Origin: an uncultured virus (IMG/VR IMGVR_UViG_3300032268_000397)
Lineage: Duplodnaviria > Heunggongvirae > Uroviricota > Caudoviricetes
Direction: 5' to 3' (one strand)
Virus record (IMG/VR): IMGVR_UViG_3300032268_000397
Length of the DNA: 64,000 nucleotides
Shown: piece by piece, positions 21,901-28,549 of the stretch
Numbering within the stretch: the stretch's first letter is position 1
Layout of the letters: each line of letters begins with the position of its first letter
Translations under genes and position numbers: made by a program
The notes under the pieces: generated by a model
The model's database searches: none
What the model saw: only the letters and a program-made list of their open reading frames with translations
What the model was told of the DNA's origin: nothing

Positions 21901-22998
21901 CTGCTGTGCAGTTATAGCATTTTGTGTCAATCCGTCGCCAGCTTTTTGAGCAACATTTAGAGCATTTTGAGCAAGAGCAAATTGTTGTAATAGTGGAAGA
22001 ACTTTACCGATCTGTCTAAATCCACCTAACTCTTCAGCAATACGTATAAATGTTAAATCTCCTTCCCCTAATCCATTTAATGCAGCACTTAATCTTTTAA
22101 CTGCTTCAAATGGGCCAACGAACTTACCCTCTAGGTCAACTAACTCAATACCAAATTGTTTTAAGAACTCAATAGTTTTTGGTCTTTGTATACGTGTAAA
22201 AATTGTTCTTAATCCAGTGCCAATACTTTCAGCACTTTCGCGCGTCGTTGCTCTAACGCTGGTAAATAGAGCAAGAAGCTCATTTAAATCTCCACCAGAT
22301 GATTTAAACACACCACCAGTTCTTCTAATAACGTCAATTAAGTCAGAAGCTTCAACGGCAAATGCACCAGCAACAGCGTCTATAGAAGCTAGTTGACCTT
22401 CTAATGCATTTACGCCCAATCCAAATTGTGCTAAAATAGCAATAGCACCTTCAGTAGTTTCTGTAATACTATCAAAGTTAGGGGCTAATGCAGCCTTTGC
22501 TAGTGTTCTTAAGGCAATAGAAGTCTCATTGGCTGATAAACCGGCCTGCTTTAAGATTGTAGATACTTCAAGCAAAGATTTAGACTCTACACCTAAACTA
22601 GTAGCAAGTTCAGTTATAGTAGAAGTTAAGCCTTTTAATGAAGCTATACTTTGATTACTTATTTGGGCAACTTTAATTAATTCTCTTTCAAAAGCTATAG
22701 CGTCTTTAATAGCTCCAGCTAAACCATTAGTAAATAATCCTACCGCTCTTGTGGCTATAGAAAATGAAGCAAATCGTTTTAACGAAACACCAAAAGCTGC
22801 ACCCATACGTTCTGCCGCACTTGTGGCATCGTTAGTAGCAGCTTTTATTTGATTAATTTGTCTAGTAGCAGAAGCAGCATTCTTAATGTTAAGAGGAACA
22901 TTAACACTAGCCAATTGGCTTTGAATCTGATTTACTACTTGACGAACATTATTTGGTGCTTGTAATTGTAACTGAGCAGTCAAAACAAATCTGGACAT
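9928..22998 (-). CDS. Tail tape measure protein (4356 aa) with internal enzyme-like domains
   Basis: N-terminal roughly 440 aa resemble a TP901/PhageMin_Tail-type TMP core (AESIGTGLRTIFTRIQ, LGGFRQIGKVLPLL). Lambda-gpH-like D(S/T)VPAMLTPGE modules, hydrophobic TM-like stretches at about 12580-12940, a long Ala/Gln/Lys helical C-terminal third, and position after the tube and chaperone genes. Confidence 0.93.
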   Translation of the reverse strand: MSRFVLTAQLQLQAPNNVRQVVNQIQSQLASVNVPLNIKNAASATRQINQIKAATNDATSAAERMGAAFGVSLKRFASFSIATRAVGLFTNGLAGAIKDAIAFERELIKVAQISNQSIASLKGLTSTITELATSLGVESKSLLEVSTILKQAGLSANETSIALRTLAKAALAPNFDSITETTEGAIAILAQFGLGVNALEGQLASIDAVAGAFAVEASDLIDVIRRTGGVFKSSGGDLNELLALFTSVRATTRESAESIGTGLRTIFTRIQRPKTIEFLKQFGIELVDLEGKFVGPFEAVKRLSAALNGLGEGDLTFIRIAEELGGFRQIGKVLPLLQQFALAQNALNVAQKAGDGLTQNAITAQQALAIRITKVKEEFLAFVRGVTESKGFQIFVNTALNLASAFIKIGEALTPVIPLLTAMMAINISRGIGSFLTSIPRGMSSNRFSGGGRVLGFEKGGMVPGVGNKDSVPAMLTPGEVVMNRSAVQKYGAGNLVKMNRSASGGYTVEQLKDSQKKIISKSLYPTSPTSHLELNDKVKANIVQMPANEPLSPEEIDYIRKKYPSLTLDQQIERIKDPKQRKSLVDIRKNPQSASEEDITLSKEFARAERVWGQAYEQVLINRSKGKDSEGELSLANSGDLTYPVDVKRGNAGSETWGEVKFKTSKEPKKDLTAKLLAKKILDNQVNALFTENKPDPNIDDVDLGILEYYSGISKGDSHKLQFYRGLSLGGRVQRFEEGGVAQRRVGIIDSDVLRDKKNAARVAEGMKLLDAKSEADYAIKLSKLAGEARQAGSLNKFRVMAGAAANRKSSVATGRGAKDDATLRKTTRKQILHPDDLKDVDQVMSLTTTLKDSKLDYMGMADRIYVKDSSTEDEQKLVKLFERQRNLQKDPTLYGRETGTTEGLNPDYGLQTASLISQFGTTEDRTNKGKVMTLGEKTDQSGAPRFQVRRKRLEELPELVSAKGQFPGAASPLTRGHAETAVGTLLAKVREKYPDATHKDLLFALAPDLSLSGGSQGREHGSRYGEYPASFRRDLIKLALPEMMISSANSASQTGINSRISEIEKGATGRRRFAVMEKDAPVVISKAENENPEGVMERYRSAGLTPYNIARSADTEGDSISGTATRQAVIDKDYAKLDLAVLPKVGSAIKANQPQLRNRRMMVPLVQKALDIFTQANTSKVNEQVDSILQNASGGPFTRMTPKFKESHPNLVKQIQQLRSSRDIFEREAFLDPAHELIRIISDRYPDIYGLDVARKEPVDVSVTEDMIKQHIVDASKSSSYFRPGLSFNGDGIQLSPTLQKVKDAVDKEVKSEVVAEPTVEKEIVAPNSRSDIFKILSREEAAAASGVNGIKAYDIMGIRRPLTPDEQKVKDAIRAAYVKKVKRQGASAKAQTTKLREKGLEFGAAGLFGKAFAAKNIKIESDKLSSSRMVRVNSGVMDQTTATRLSTTMSQGVSDIISQGTNIVRAGQSKAPSAQSPIQGLNTNTNATIQGGLIEQIIQQLGGPGAVKGKGFDFPEGLQGAAKYFNIDPSIPTDVKRTLSGPSTIKDNIVTYLKNVMGYNNGGIIQRFMAGGEATKIKKTKEIFGTGETKFPSRISKAYAEEQRTADDFAKSKLAWDKNPKDERIMVDDEKVKIASQQPFDRARFASSFKEKISRDTLFDRMSDFAKFVGLPQEDLSAALPLQLDFGANQRGGGFGMFAAAQFEKGAAGVRPYEGYDLSKFGYGEKEKQEVYGLDKLITAKEKEIKKITKTPIETFDDGSFSFDRDAFQKANIELDSLKNRSFKLKDLKREAEKAALAEQNNISSATGRGTISFAPSMSYASNTPNSTLYHEMTHQLFEGLRKKSADSFNKYRDRVSSLFSGDNDDLADAFDTLTAGGGYSSADVVYGRSYKSNNLSQILSSYYRQNLDSSRGADPIPEDLTKNLAVLNTQSSTAKKAREYRPINPKVNQALLQAGGKFGMTQQRIDRMEDNGKEEFLTTLIEKAPQLDQNLQGILDSTLTELLGGAGIQRQKYAAGRKVDYESGVGESPFAGALSKRLSQSVYNLQKGTGLNDSEFNEIKKTADTYGYNEEEFKEYLAKRIQEKNNKKGLRTDPSALSQQLMPQNIVSTPKQIALGKTLQDTSNDIGYRPSALERIAQARTDIKNATRYASGGGVAQLTPPSLPSSPKKPDPKAQAKAIYQDKEMDAIRKKWPIGTKIASGEWKLPGHRSIGVGQFAGEHKELTDFGGSGWKMRLDPKTDNDNIIIADWFGKNKSLFSGYKIATNTDHPVWSAYVSKGTGPEIKKAAKKAQSDLGKFITLNQTYDTTDTTIPETGISGRFEIRGDERSGTPRANEIVDIINERRKATTKYRNFYLQYKQSPGFQKGFPSSTSGDRGVPGTHYYQWLLGQKKLSIQAKNPDRAKEFQAAQDEEIKLIESVLKEKTPEYSFNSQQLSSPKTRLAPPPPPAPPKKFASGGIAKPEQKKEKEYGKISITEDDTMISVGYQKGDNRQGYATGYKMRDNLYYVGLSKATKGYGPRLYDVLMEAVTEKGAMLTSDRSSVSEDAKRVWEYYFKNRGDVKKTPLKPSDWTVNSELIDPKLYGKKETWPPATDPAWTLQTGYSKSPRLITDANEVIRKSFGGRLGFEAGGTVPALVSNGEAYVPPATAKKIGYGTLNRMNQADRNGMRRFSSGGISVFKGPGSGTSDSIPANLPVGSFIIREKATKALGLNRGGSVGGVRRFFKGGQNTKDASRTKGYTSYANIEDAANDFADIIGQLGPRIAKDIQKRFQGIENVQAGQTPKLSKKPMKEEARGAAVINSQGQTSMALQIQGANAAANSNTLAHETGHLADFSLGGGKELASKTEGTFQFDLVEKVKPIMIKAFEAAGESAQRIAEYCASNEELFAEFFAKASPEVRAIITSTTDSKKGMEQLANILGKTGYTYAGLEASDISKPRPQTKAASMGMSTADVINQAKVLSIPSSFNIGGSTGPTSVPTGPTSVPTGSTSVPTGSTSVPSTGPLPEEDCVKLCDPVLDTLNSTLSELLKAIQALSSSSTPFTPSASVSPQQSQPPDPQMGIAEARTLARTPKSDMFKKSTEELSQAKEVLQKDFAEQRDALRATATSASEYKKGLEEIDKAEKNRLKNINKELKTREEAPAKTAERKAERKAEREADNNLSKVTGAISSGQGYQLKNEELVSANKTVQDRASKARDEARQTSTSQEDYNQRVKTINENENNQLKGINREAKNRGVNLDGGKEANKSMFTFSQALTGASAALNGLLQSTDSADTAFGHVASAVLSSVTGISSALSVLEEVSGIEIESFGDIAKIPEELSNSFAGVGAMLDTKLASIFGGSSSSIGFEKLFSSLGAVAGIASITAAAFSAAASVLYSTSTTVADYEKAMEDGNIELVGTLSARKTAEEDIINSGGIFAGGIVAVAAIVPLFLASLASMIPGLAGVSTALYSLVAPIAITVAAVVAIGAIFLYATGNLENFAKGVRDIGSSLTGGWIQSTSTIQQFAQATAATSHTMKLMQDQAKQTTQALKDLSEGRKSAKEVLNQFSGQAKSAANAQFLAEALPEDTTREKKAKDKAIDEANKNKDKVLSDAAPAINAQARNIAVAGGNFADFFATLPKELQAIYNQNPEELKLLKEAFGNTAKDVEIARKQFEAMNLGLRNVTSITGAAVNSVTNFTAGLQAGNLAVAQSANTLAASLTSAGANISTTDFNNALSDVAGTMASLGASDQQISKFKENLTALAQVQRNASGIFDQVRDKVKARGYTGMSAKQVGEDFKQLVDDQLKASGIGEEARKRIGDALGDIELTPDELEKVAAGDYSFLTKKLEEAGVGMSKEAMQMVSDLQKVNAELSPLYKQRIESERALVEAQRQAISLTLEGLDIQAKYGGKAVTPEIRKQAALESANVGRRAAGLNDIRGSDPASLRAGLNQIRGNFSGLEQKALQGKVSGPEGVKDEGMRENLKKAQQDQVKLIKDLISAEEEQLRLTKEKNKLEKSSLESLLSGDIDKFFEQQASVGATAAIASGNRAAIGQFGGQALSGAYQNLQSQKEAGVTEVFGQRISGAGGLLESSAMASLGARGIQNPRMAQILAGTTPEEEASSRRLREYGGLLGEAGAAGAEMAQMELARADMNIAKATVTIENGGLNTDILSNQPQGRSRGGIVYASKGQLINFVPKGTDTVPAMLTPGEFVINRGAVNRGDNLSFLRAINNGNYTASAQRLNSNNTSIPNIMKQLAGSPQVIQTQDTQRKMVQNEQSISNVNFDVQKLSKQLGKFMSGFDGFMESFSNQVGKLGNTEVSHKMGDVNLNINGGQFLQSMADGLKQQLMQDLGQQLQSIKINNVGNIKLGRTSVL
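13984..14082 (-). repeat. 21-nt tandem repeat, about 4 copies, encoding a G(P/S)TSVPT linker in the TMP
   Basis: ccagttggtacactggttg(a/g)(c/t) units seen directly; peptide GPTSVPTGPTSVPTGSTSVPTGSTSVPSTGP. Confidence 0.95.
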
Positions 22999-23029
22999 TT
23001 TATTCTCCGTGAAATGACTGCGCTATCTA

Positions 23030-23893
23030 TTAACTATCCGCTTCTTTTTTCTTTGACGCCTTTTTCTTTACTTTCTCTTTTACTTCAGTAGAAACTTCTT
23101 CAGATTCATCATCTACATATTCTGCTTGTAGAGCCAAAGCTCCATCAGCATCTAATACATGACCTTCTAAATCTACTCTATTGCCATCTTCATTGAGGTA
23201 ATAACCTTCATTATCTATTCTTTTACCGTCTATATCTACAAGGTTATTCTCTGCATCGACTAAGCTTAAATCGCTATTGACAAAGTTAAACTTTTTAAGA
23301 AATTTGTTCTCTGGAAGTTTTTCTTCGAACTCTTTGTCTATAGAGTACATCATCTGAGCCAAAGCGTTGGCTGAAGCATAAGCTACTTCATCGTCTGCTT
23401 TAAGATTATAATCTTCTAGAGAATTATACACTTTTGTATTACCATCTTCAAGATAAACACAGTTGGCAACTAGAAAATCGAACTTAGCATTTTCGGATAA
23501 AGCTTCAGCAGTATTCTGCTCAAGACTTAATCTTTCAGATATAAGATTACGTAACATTAATCTAAGTCTACGCATAGAAATTGCAATTTCTTTACCGCGC
23601 TTTTTAGTTAACTTACCATCTGTACCTAGTGCAAGTTCTCTTTCTAGATTAGATATAGAATCAACTAAAACCTGTTGCTGTTGATCTTTCTCAGAATCCC
23701 AAATGTTTCTATTACGCATAAAAACTTCTAATTCCTTCTTTGTCATAATCCCATCGCGTGTACAGTTTGTCCACACTTTGGCACCCAGCACTTGGGCGTC
23801 TGATAGTAACTTATTGCTAGGTTTCTTAACTAAAACCTTTTTAACTGTTCCATCTTCCAATTTAACTTCAACTTGTCTCTGTTTTTCTTTCAT
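23030..23893 (-). CDS. Putative tail assembly chaperone (G-like) with DxxG repeats; paralog of 24223..25257
   Basis: Immediately upstream of the TMP; helical N-terminal domain alignable by eye to the 344-aa ORF; C-terminal 7-residue xD/NxxGxx repeats. Confidence 0.55.
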   Translation of the reverse strand: MKEKQRQVEVKLEDGTVKKVLVKKPSNKLLSDAQVLGAKVWTNCTRDGIMTKKELEVFMRNRNIWDSEKDQQQQVLVDSISNLERELALGTDGKLTKKRGKEIAISMRRLRLMLRNLISERLSLEQNTAEALSENAKFDFLVANCVYLEDGNTKVYNSLEDYNLKADDEVAYASANALAQMMYSIDKEFEEKLPENKFLKKFNFVNSDLSLVDAENNLVDIDGKRIDNEGYYLNEDGNRVDLEGHVLDADGALALQAEYVDDESEEVSTEVKEKVKKKASKKKEADS

Positions 23894-23896
23894 TTT

Positions 23897-24223
23897 TTAC
23901 TCCTTGTTTATAACTGGCATTGTTATATTATATCTTAGCCATTCCACATTATACTGAGACAATTCAGCATCAATATTTCTGGCTTGATGATTCCCCTTAT
24001 CTAATATCTCCGAACGCATTGCTTGATATAATTCAAGCATTTTCTTCTGATCTTCCGTTAACTTACCTGTATCGCTATTCCATAAAAATCCAAAATATTT
24101 TTCCATAGTACTCAACGCGCCAATCATTGTAGTTTGAACTTTCTTTTTCAATATTTTAGATAGCCTATCTTTAGAATCAATTTGATATTTTTTATCTCTA
24201 ATATTTTTATAATCCTGAGACAT
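23897..24223 (-). CDS. Hypothetical protein (108 aa) in the tail-chaperone position
   Basis: AGGAGG RBS; TAATG overlap with the upstream gene; no recognised motif. Confidence 0.6.
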   Translation of the reverse strand: MSQDYKNIRDKKYQIDSKDRLSKILKKKVQTTMIGALSTMEKYFGFLWNSDTGKLTEDQKKMLELYQAMRSEILDKGNHQARNIDAELSQYNVEWLRYNITMPVINKE

Positions 24224-25257
24224 TATTTCCTCCTAACATTCTGTAAAAATTGTTGAGTTTGTTTAGTTTGTTGGTCTAATATTTCATCTTGAAATTTATC
24301 CTGAGTAACAGTGCCACTTTGGTTTATTACCGCTTGTCTTTGCTTCTTAATCATCTGAGAGTGATATGAATTAATCCCATCTATATCTTTAGCTTCATCA
24401 GCATTAGATGCCATAAGAAATACTTCAGAAGAATTTTTAACTTTACTACTCATTTTTTTATCCATATCCTGCTCTACCTTTTCCTGTTTTCTTTTACGTG
24501 ACTGAAATATTAACCATCCATCTAACATATCATCGTCATCTATAACATCATCACTTGGACAATCTAATGATTCATGTATATTATCATATGTTTGTGACCA
24601 CAATAACAAATTTTGTTGATTTATAGTAATATCTCTATCTAGATTTAAAAATACATTTTGTTTATTGTGATTTCTGATAAACCACAAAGAGCGCCACGGT
24701 TCATTACGCGACACCTCTCTTATTATTTCTTCTGATAAAATGCTTTCGCGGAAACAATCTAACGCATAATCTAACTCATCATCGTCTAAGTCACACGCTC
24801 TATTATTTTGTAAGCAGTTGCGCTTAATAAGATATCTTAGTTTTTCTAGGTTGGCTATACTTTCACATGTATTATAGTAATATAAGTTTTTTTTGCTTAT
24901 TTGATCATTAAGCTTTTTTTCAATAGACCTAAGATATTTCTTTAATTGATTAGCTTTATTTTTTTCTTTATTGAGCTTGTAAACTTCTACTTTAATATCG
25001 TCTATATTTTTTCTTATACCTTCTAAGTCTTTTTCTTCGTGGTGGCTCCATAAATCATGTTCTATCATCCACTCTGTCATTTGATGTTCTGTCATCATCT
25101 CTTCATTGAGAGCATTAAAGTATGCCTGATCATATATTTCACATGATTCTAATCTGTCCTCAATTGTAGGAGGGTATAATTCGCAGTTTAATTTTGGTAT
25201 TTTAATTTTGCCTAGTCTAATTTTTAATACAAAAAGCTCTCGCTTTTGAAAGTCCAT
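24223..25257 (-). CDS. Putative tail assembly chaperone (GT-like: G-paralog domain plus acidic C-terminal domain)
   Basis: Directly after the tail tube gene; N-terminal half aligns with 23030..23893; C-terminal YDNIHESLDCPSDDVIDDDDMLDGWL. Confidence 0.5.
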   Translation of the reverse strand: MDFQKRELFVLKIRLGKIKIPKLNCELYPPTIEDRLESCEIYDQAYFNALNEEMMTEHQMTEWMIEHDLWSHHEEKDLEGIRKNIDDIKVEVYKLNKEKNKANQLKKYLRSIEKKLNDQISKKNLYYYNTCESIANLEKLRYLIKRNCLQNNRACDLDDDELDYALDCFRESILSEEIIREVSRNEPWRSLWFIRNHNKQNVFLNLDRDITINQQNLLLWSQTYDNIHESLDCPSDDVIDDDDMLDGWLIFQSRKRKQEKVEQDMDKKMSSKVKNSSEVFLMASNADEAKDIDGINSYHSQMIKKQRQAVINQSGTVTQDKFQDEILDQQTKQTQQFLQNVRRK

Positions 25258-25283
25258 TATAGAACCTCACCAGCGAGAGCTTT
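25233..25283 (-). promoter_or_regulatory. mRNA hairpin enclosing the RBS and start codon of 24223..25257
   Basis: Perfect 12-bp inverted repeat AAAGCTCTCGCT (25233-25244) / AGCGAGAGCTTT (25272-25283). The enclosed segment holds GAGG and AUG, and GAGGUUC can pair further with GGACUUU. Confidence 0.7.
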
Positions 25284-25286
25284 CAT
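25257..25286 (-). CDS. Putative 9-aa leader peptide MKALAGEVL coupled (TAATG) to the downstream chaperone gene
   Basis: AAAGGAAACAT-ATG AAA GCT CTC GCT GGT GAG GTT CTA TAA; the stop overlaps the next ATG. Confidence 0.4.
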   Translation of the reverse strand: MKALAGEVL

Positions 25287-25328
25287 ATGTTTCCTTTATA
25301 TTCCTAAAATGCTATACTTTATTTATTA

Positions 25329-26456
25329 TCAAGCAGGAACTAATAAGCCACTCGTACTGTCTACGACAGACAAATCGTTAAAGTTGCTATAGCTAAATGT
25401 CATAGTCGCATTACCACCACCAGCATCGCCACCGGCAAAGTTGATTGATGATAATCTATTTTTAGTACCAAGATCAAACGTGTAACCGTTGTTAATTACC
25501 AATTTAATACTCTCATCAGTAGTGTTATTACCACTAGTTCTTGCGTTTGTATATAAGGCAGGATCACCTTCTTCTAGAGCATTTACGAAATCTCCAGAAT
25601 TAGAAATAACTTCTAACTCACATGTAACTTCGATAGGGAATGTGGCGGGGCGATAGTAAGCAGACTTACGACCTAGTTCGAAAATGTCTTCACGGCCAAA
25701 GTCTGTACTTACAGTAGCTGACTGAATATGAACCTTTGGAGATCTAGTAGTACTATCATAACCATTTCCAGCAGTTTGTGCAATACTACCTAATGTTAGA
25801 TTTGGACTTGTAGCCTTAATAACACTCTTTGGAACAATTGATGAAGCCATGTCGAAATTTTCTCTTCTAGCAACACCAATAGCGCCAACGCCACTTGGCT
25901 GATCTGGAGACGTAAAACGTGAAGCAGCTATAGCTGCACTTGTGAAAGTACTAGCTCCGATTGTCCATACCTTGTGATTTCCAGCCAATGTTACAGATTC
26001 TGTCATGTTTCCATCAGTAGGCATAGTATAACTTACATTACTAACATACATGCCTGACATGTATATATTAGTACTTGCATTTTTACCAGCTATTGTATTT
26101 TCGGTTTCGTCAAAAATACCTAAATGTACACAGCATTGATTGTTAGCGCGCTGTGCTAGGCCGTGACCACCAGCACTTAAAAATCCTCTATTTTCTACAG
26201 CGCAAGTAGCGGCTGTATAAATGAGTGGATGGCCGTCTAATACCTTTTCTAAGGTAACTTCAACTTCTGGAATACCTTCAATGTTTTCATAAATTTCTAG
26301 CTGACCTAGTTCGAATACTTGCTCAAGGTTAAAAGCCGTATTGACACCAACGCTCTGAACGCCGTGTAAAACGTGTAGGTCTGGTGTGCCACTTACGTTC
26401 ATTTCGGAAATGCCAACAGCTTGGCAGGCATAAAAAATTCTCTTATTATTAGGCAT
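25329..26456 (-). CDS. Major tail (tube) protein
   Basis: Two internally similar halves (GVQSVGVNTAFNLEQVFELGQ / HIQSATVSTDFGREDIFELGR) typical of tube-fold proteins; strong AGGAGAG RBS; lies between the terminator-position gene and the chaperones. Confidence 0.8.
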   Translation of the reverse strand: MPNNKRIFYACQAVGISEMNVSGTPDLHVLHGVQSVGVNTAFNLEQVFELGQLEIYENIEGIPEVEVTLEKVLDGHPLIYTAATCAVENRGFLSAGGHGLAQRANNQCCVHLGIFDETENTIAGKNASTNIYMSGMYVSNVSYTMPTDGNMTESVTLAGNHKVWTIGASTFTSAAIAASRFTSPDQPSGVGAIGVARRENFDMASSIVPKSVIKATSPNLTLGSIAQTAGNGYDSTTRSPKVHIQSATVSTDFGREDIFELGRKSAYYRPATFPIEVTCELEVISNSGDFVNALEEGDPALYTNARTSGNNTTDESIKLVINNGYTFDLGTKNRLSSINFAGGDAGGGNATMTFSYSNFNDLSVVDSTSGLLVPA

Positions 26457-26487
26457 GAGTTACTCTCCTATAGAATGTGTTGTTAGT

Positions 26488-27438
26488 TTAAATATTATCA
26501 TCGATGATTTCTGCCATTATACTTACTATACACAAAAATAAGTTACTATTAATGATTTTAGATTCATTAGCAGTACATTTGCTTAGTCGAATACTATATC
26601 CTGGGAAATTTTTAATAAGTTCTGGATATCTTAGTGGATTAGAAGATAGTGTACCGTCGTACTTGATTGGAAAAGCGCCACTAGAAGCTATAGTATTAGA
26701 ATTAAAGGTATATATCGTTTTATCATTTTGCATAGAAACAATATCAACTAACCTATTTAGGTCAAAGTCATTTTCAGCTATACAGTGGAACAAAATCTGA
26801 TTAGTTATATATTGCCCGCCACCAAGTTGATATCCAGACATTCTTCTATTTGGGACTATTTCAACAGCTATGGCCGGTAATTGAATTTTCATTTCACTTG
26901 GTGTAGTTTTATTCGGATCTTGATCTACATTGTAAAGTGACTTATACTCAATTTCTTTCAGCCAAGGTAAAGTGTTCGCATAAATAACGTTAATATATTT
27001 GTATGAATATGGAACTTGTATTGTACTATTTTTATTTATTCCATTAGGATTACTTGATCCGCTTGGCTGAGTGAAGATTATTCTACCATTGTAATAGTCT
27101 ATTTTATAATCCCTACCACTTGGCTGTACGTTGAGGCGACCATCTACGTATATAGATGATGGATAAACAGGTGGGCTTGGATAGCTAATTCCACTTTGCC
27201 AAACCCAATTACCTCTAAATGCCTGAAAAACAGTGCCATTAACATTTTGTAAATCTACGTAAGATAATTTACTATAATCTTCGTTGCTTTCGTTACGCTC
27301 ACCAAGAGTTACATTAAAATAGTTACCTTTTTGTAATAAACCCCAATCAAAAAATTCAACAATATTATCTTGCAACTCATTACCAAGAGTTGTTTCAAAA
27401 ACACTGTTAAATCCTTTTAAGGATGTATGGTCGCTCAT
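26488..27438 (-). CDS. Putative tail terminator / tail completion protein
   Basis: Synteny just upstream of the tube gene; QLPAIAVE...GYQLGGG motif; internal DYKIDYYNGRIIF beta insertion. Confidence 0.55.
   Translation of the reverse strand: MSDHTSLKGFNSVFETTLGNELQDNIVEFFDWGLLQKGNYFNVTLGERNESNEDYSKLSYVDLQNVNGTVFQAFRGNWVWQSGISYPSPPVYPSSIYVDGRLNVQPSGRDYKIDYYNGRIIFTQPSGSSNPNGINKNSTIQVPYSYKYINVIYANTLPWLKEIEYKSLYNVDQDPNKTTPSEMKIQLPAIAVEIVPNRRMSGYQLGGGQYITNQILFHCIAENDFDLNRLVDIVSMQNDKTIYTFNSNTIASSGAFPIKYDGTLSSNPLRYPELIKNFPGYSIRLSKCTANESKIINSNLFLCIVSIMAEIIDDNI
26521..26533 (-). promoter_or_regulatory. Putative late promoter motif (GTGTATAGTAAGT) upstream of the tail tube gene
   Basis: Identical 13-mer to 39081..39093; about 65-77 nt upstream of the tube ATG. 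Confidence 0.55.
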
Positions 27439-28082
27439 TTGAATAATTCTGTATTTATGATTTGAGTTATTTGATCTTCTTGCGTAGAACCGGTTAATGC
27501 TCTTGTGATAAAATTGTCTGTATCTGTACCAGAATATTGTGGGGGTACTCTAAAAGAGCCTCCAAATTTCATTATGCCCTGTCTAGATCTACCCGCTCCA
27601 GATTGTGGTGAATAATTGTAATTAGCTATTATAACTGAATTTCCCATAGTTAATAGCCAGTTAAGCCAGTGTAAATCTCCTTGACTATATACTACGTGTC
27701 CACTTTGTAAAGATAATAAATTTTGAAAATCTGCTGGCTGTAACTCTATTGTTATGCCACCATTTAATTGATTATCTATAGGAGTAAAGCTAAGAGAAAG
27801 AGAATTAACAACGCTATTTGTAATATCTTCTACGATACTATTTGTAGATCCAGATCTTAATCCAAATAGAGCAAATAGAGTATTTGTAGTTTGAGACTGT
27901 AAAGATATTATTTCTGGCTGAGAATTAATCCAAGCTGGTATATAACTCTTAATTTTATTGATAGTGGAAAGTCTATTTTTTATTATTCTGTCATTCAGAT
28001 ATTGGGCTATAGAGAGATTAATATCGGTAGTTATTTTTGAAACTGAATCTATCAGCTTTATGGTTATCATACTCTTTTCCAA
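27435..28082 (-). CDS. Putative neck / tail completion protein
   Basis: Synteny between head closure and terminator positions; C-terminal GTDTDNFITRAL resembles neck-protein termini. Confidence 0.5.
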   Translation of the reverse strand: MEKSMITIKLIDSVSKITTDINLSIAQYLNDRIIKNRLSTINKIKSYIPAWINSQPEIISLQSQTTNTLFALFGLRSGSTNSIVEDITNSVVNSLSLSFTPIDNQLNGGITIELQPADFQNLLSLQSGHVVYSQGDLHWLNWLLTMGNSVIIANYNYSPQSGAGRSRQGIMKFGGSFRVPPQYSGTDTDNFITRALTGSTQEDQITQIINTELFK

Positions 28083-28549
28083 AAACAGGCAAAATATCTA
28101 TTTTGTTTTAAACCTAGAGGTATATGTTCACCGATTCTTTCAAATCTCATCTCTTTTTTATCTTTGATATCTTTGTGTACTATTAAAGCTTTTGCATTAA
28201 GTATTTTTTGTAAATCAGACATAAAGCAGATAGTTTGGATAGAAGTATTAGGGGCTACTATACTGTCTGTTACTTTAACCCACTGCTTACTATCCCAGTA
28301 TACTTTAAGTTTGATATCTGTTAATATTTCTGTTTCTATAATAGTAGTATTCCCAGTATTCACTATACCATTACCCCTTCTGTGTGGATTAACAGTATCA
28401 CGATTTGGGTAGTTATTATTTGGATCTTTATTAATAATTTCTTTTTTGTCTATTGATACTAATTGGCATGTCACTCCGAATATATCAAAGGTGGAATCTA
28501 TAACGTCAAAATATTTATCAAATACGCTTTGTGGTATATTGACGGGCAT
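28067..28549 (-). CDS. Putative head closure (stopper) protein
   Basis: Size, beta-rich sequence, C-terminal FACFWKRV and synteny. Confidence 0.5.
   Translation of the reverse strand: MPVNIPQSVFDKYFDVIDSTFDIFGVTCQLVSIDKKEIINKDPNNNYPNRDTVNPHRRGNGIVNTGNTTIIETEILTDIKLKVYWDSKQWVKVTDSIVAPNTSIQTICFMSDLQKILNAKALIVHKDIKDKKEMRFERIGEHIPLGLKQNRYFACFWKRV

Noticed and set aside
9928..22998. Inteins or homing endonucleases explaining the TMP size
   Set aside because: No Cys/Ser...His-Asn splice junction pattern or LAGLIDADG/HNH motif recognised; the inserts are bounded by xxGG motifs instead.
23030..25257. Programmed -1 frameshift linking the tail chaperone genes
   Set aside because: Each gene has its own RBS and ATG (AGGAGG...TAATG; AAGGAG-TAA-AAA-ATG), and I saw no convincing slippery site joining the frames.
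25225..25283. The 12-bp inverted repeat as an intrinsic terminator after the tube gene
   Set aside because: The enclosed segment is 27 nt and contains an RBS and AUG, and the short U-run is partly within the stem. A translational role fits better, though attenuation is not excluded.
25329..27438. Contractile tail sheath gene
   Set aside because: No sheath-sized or sheath-like ORF between the terminator-position and tube genes.
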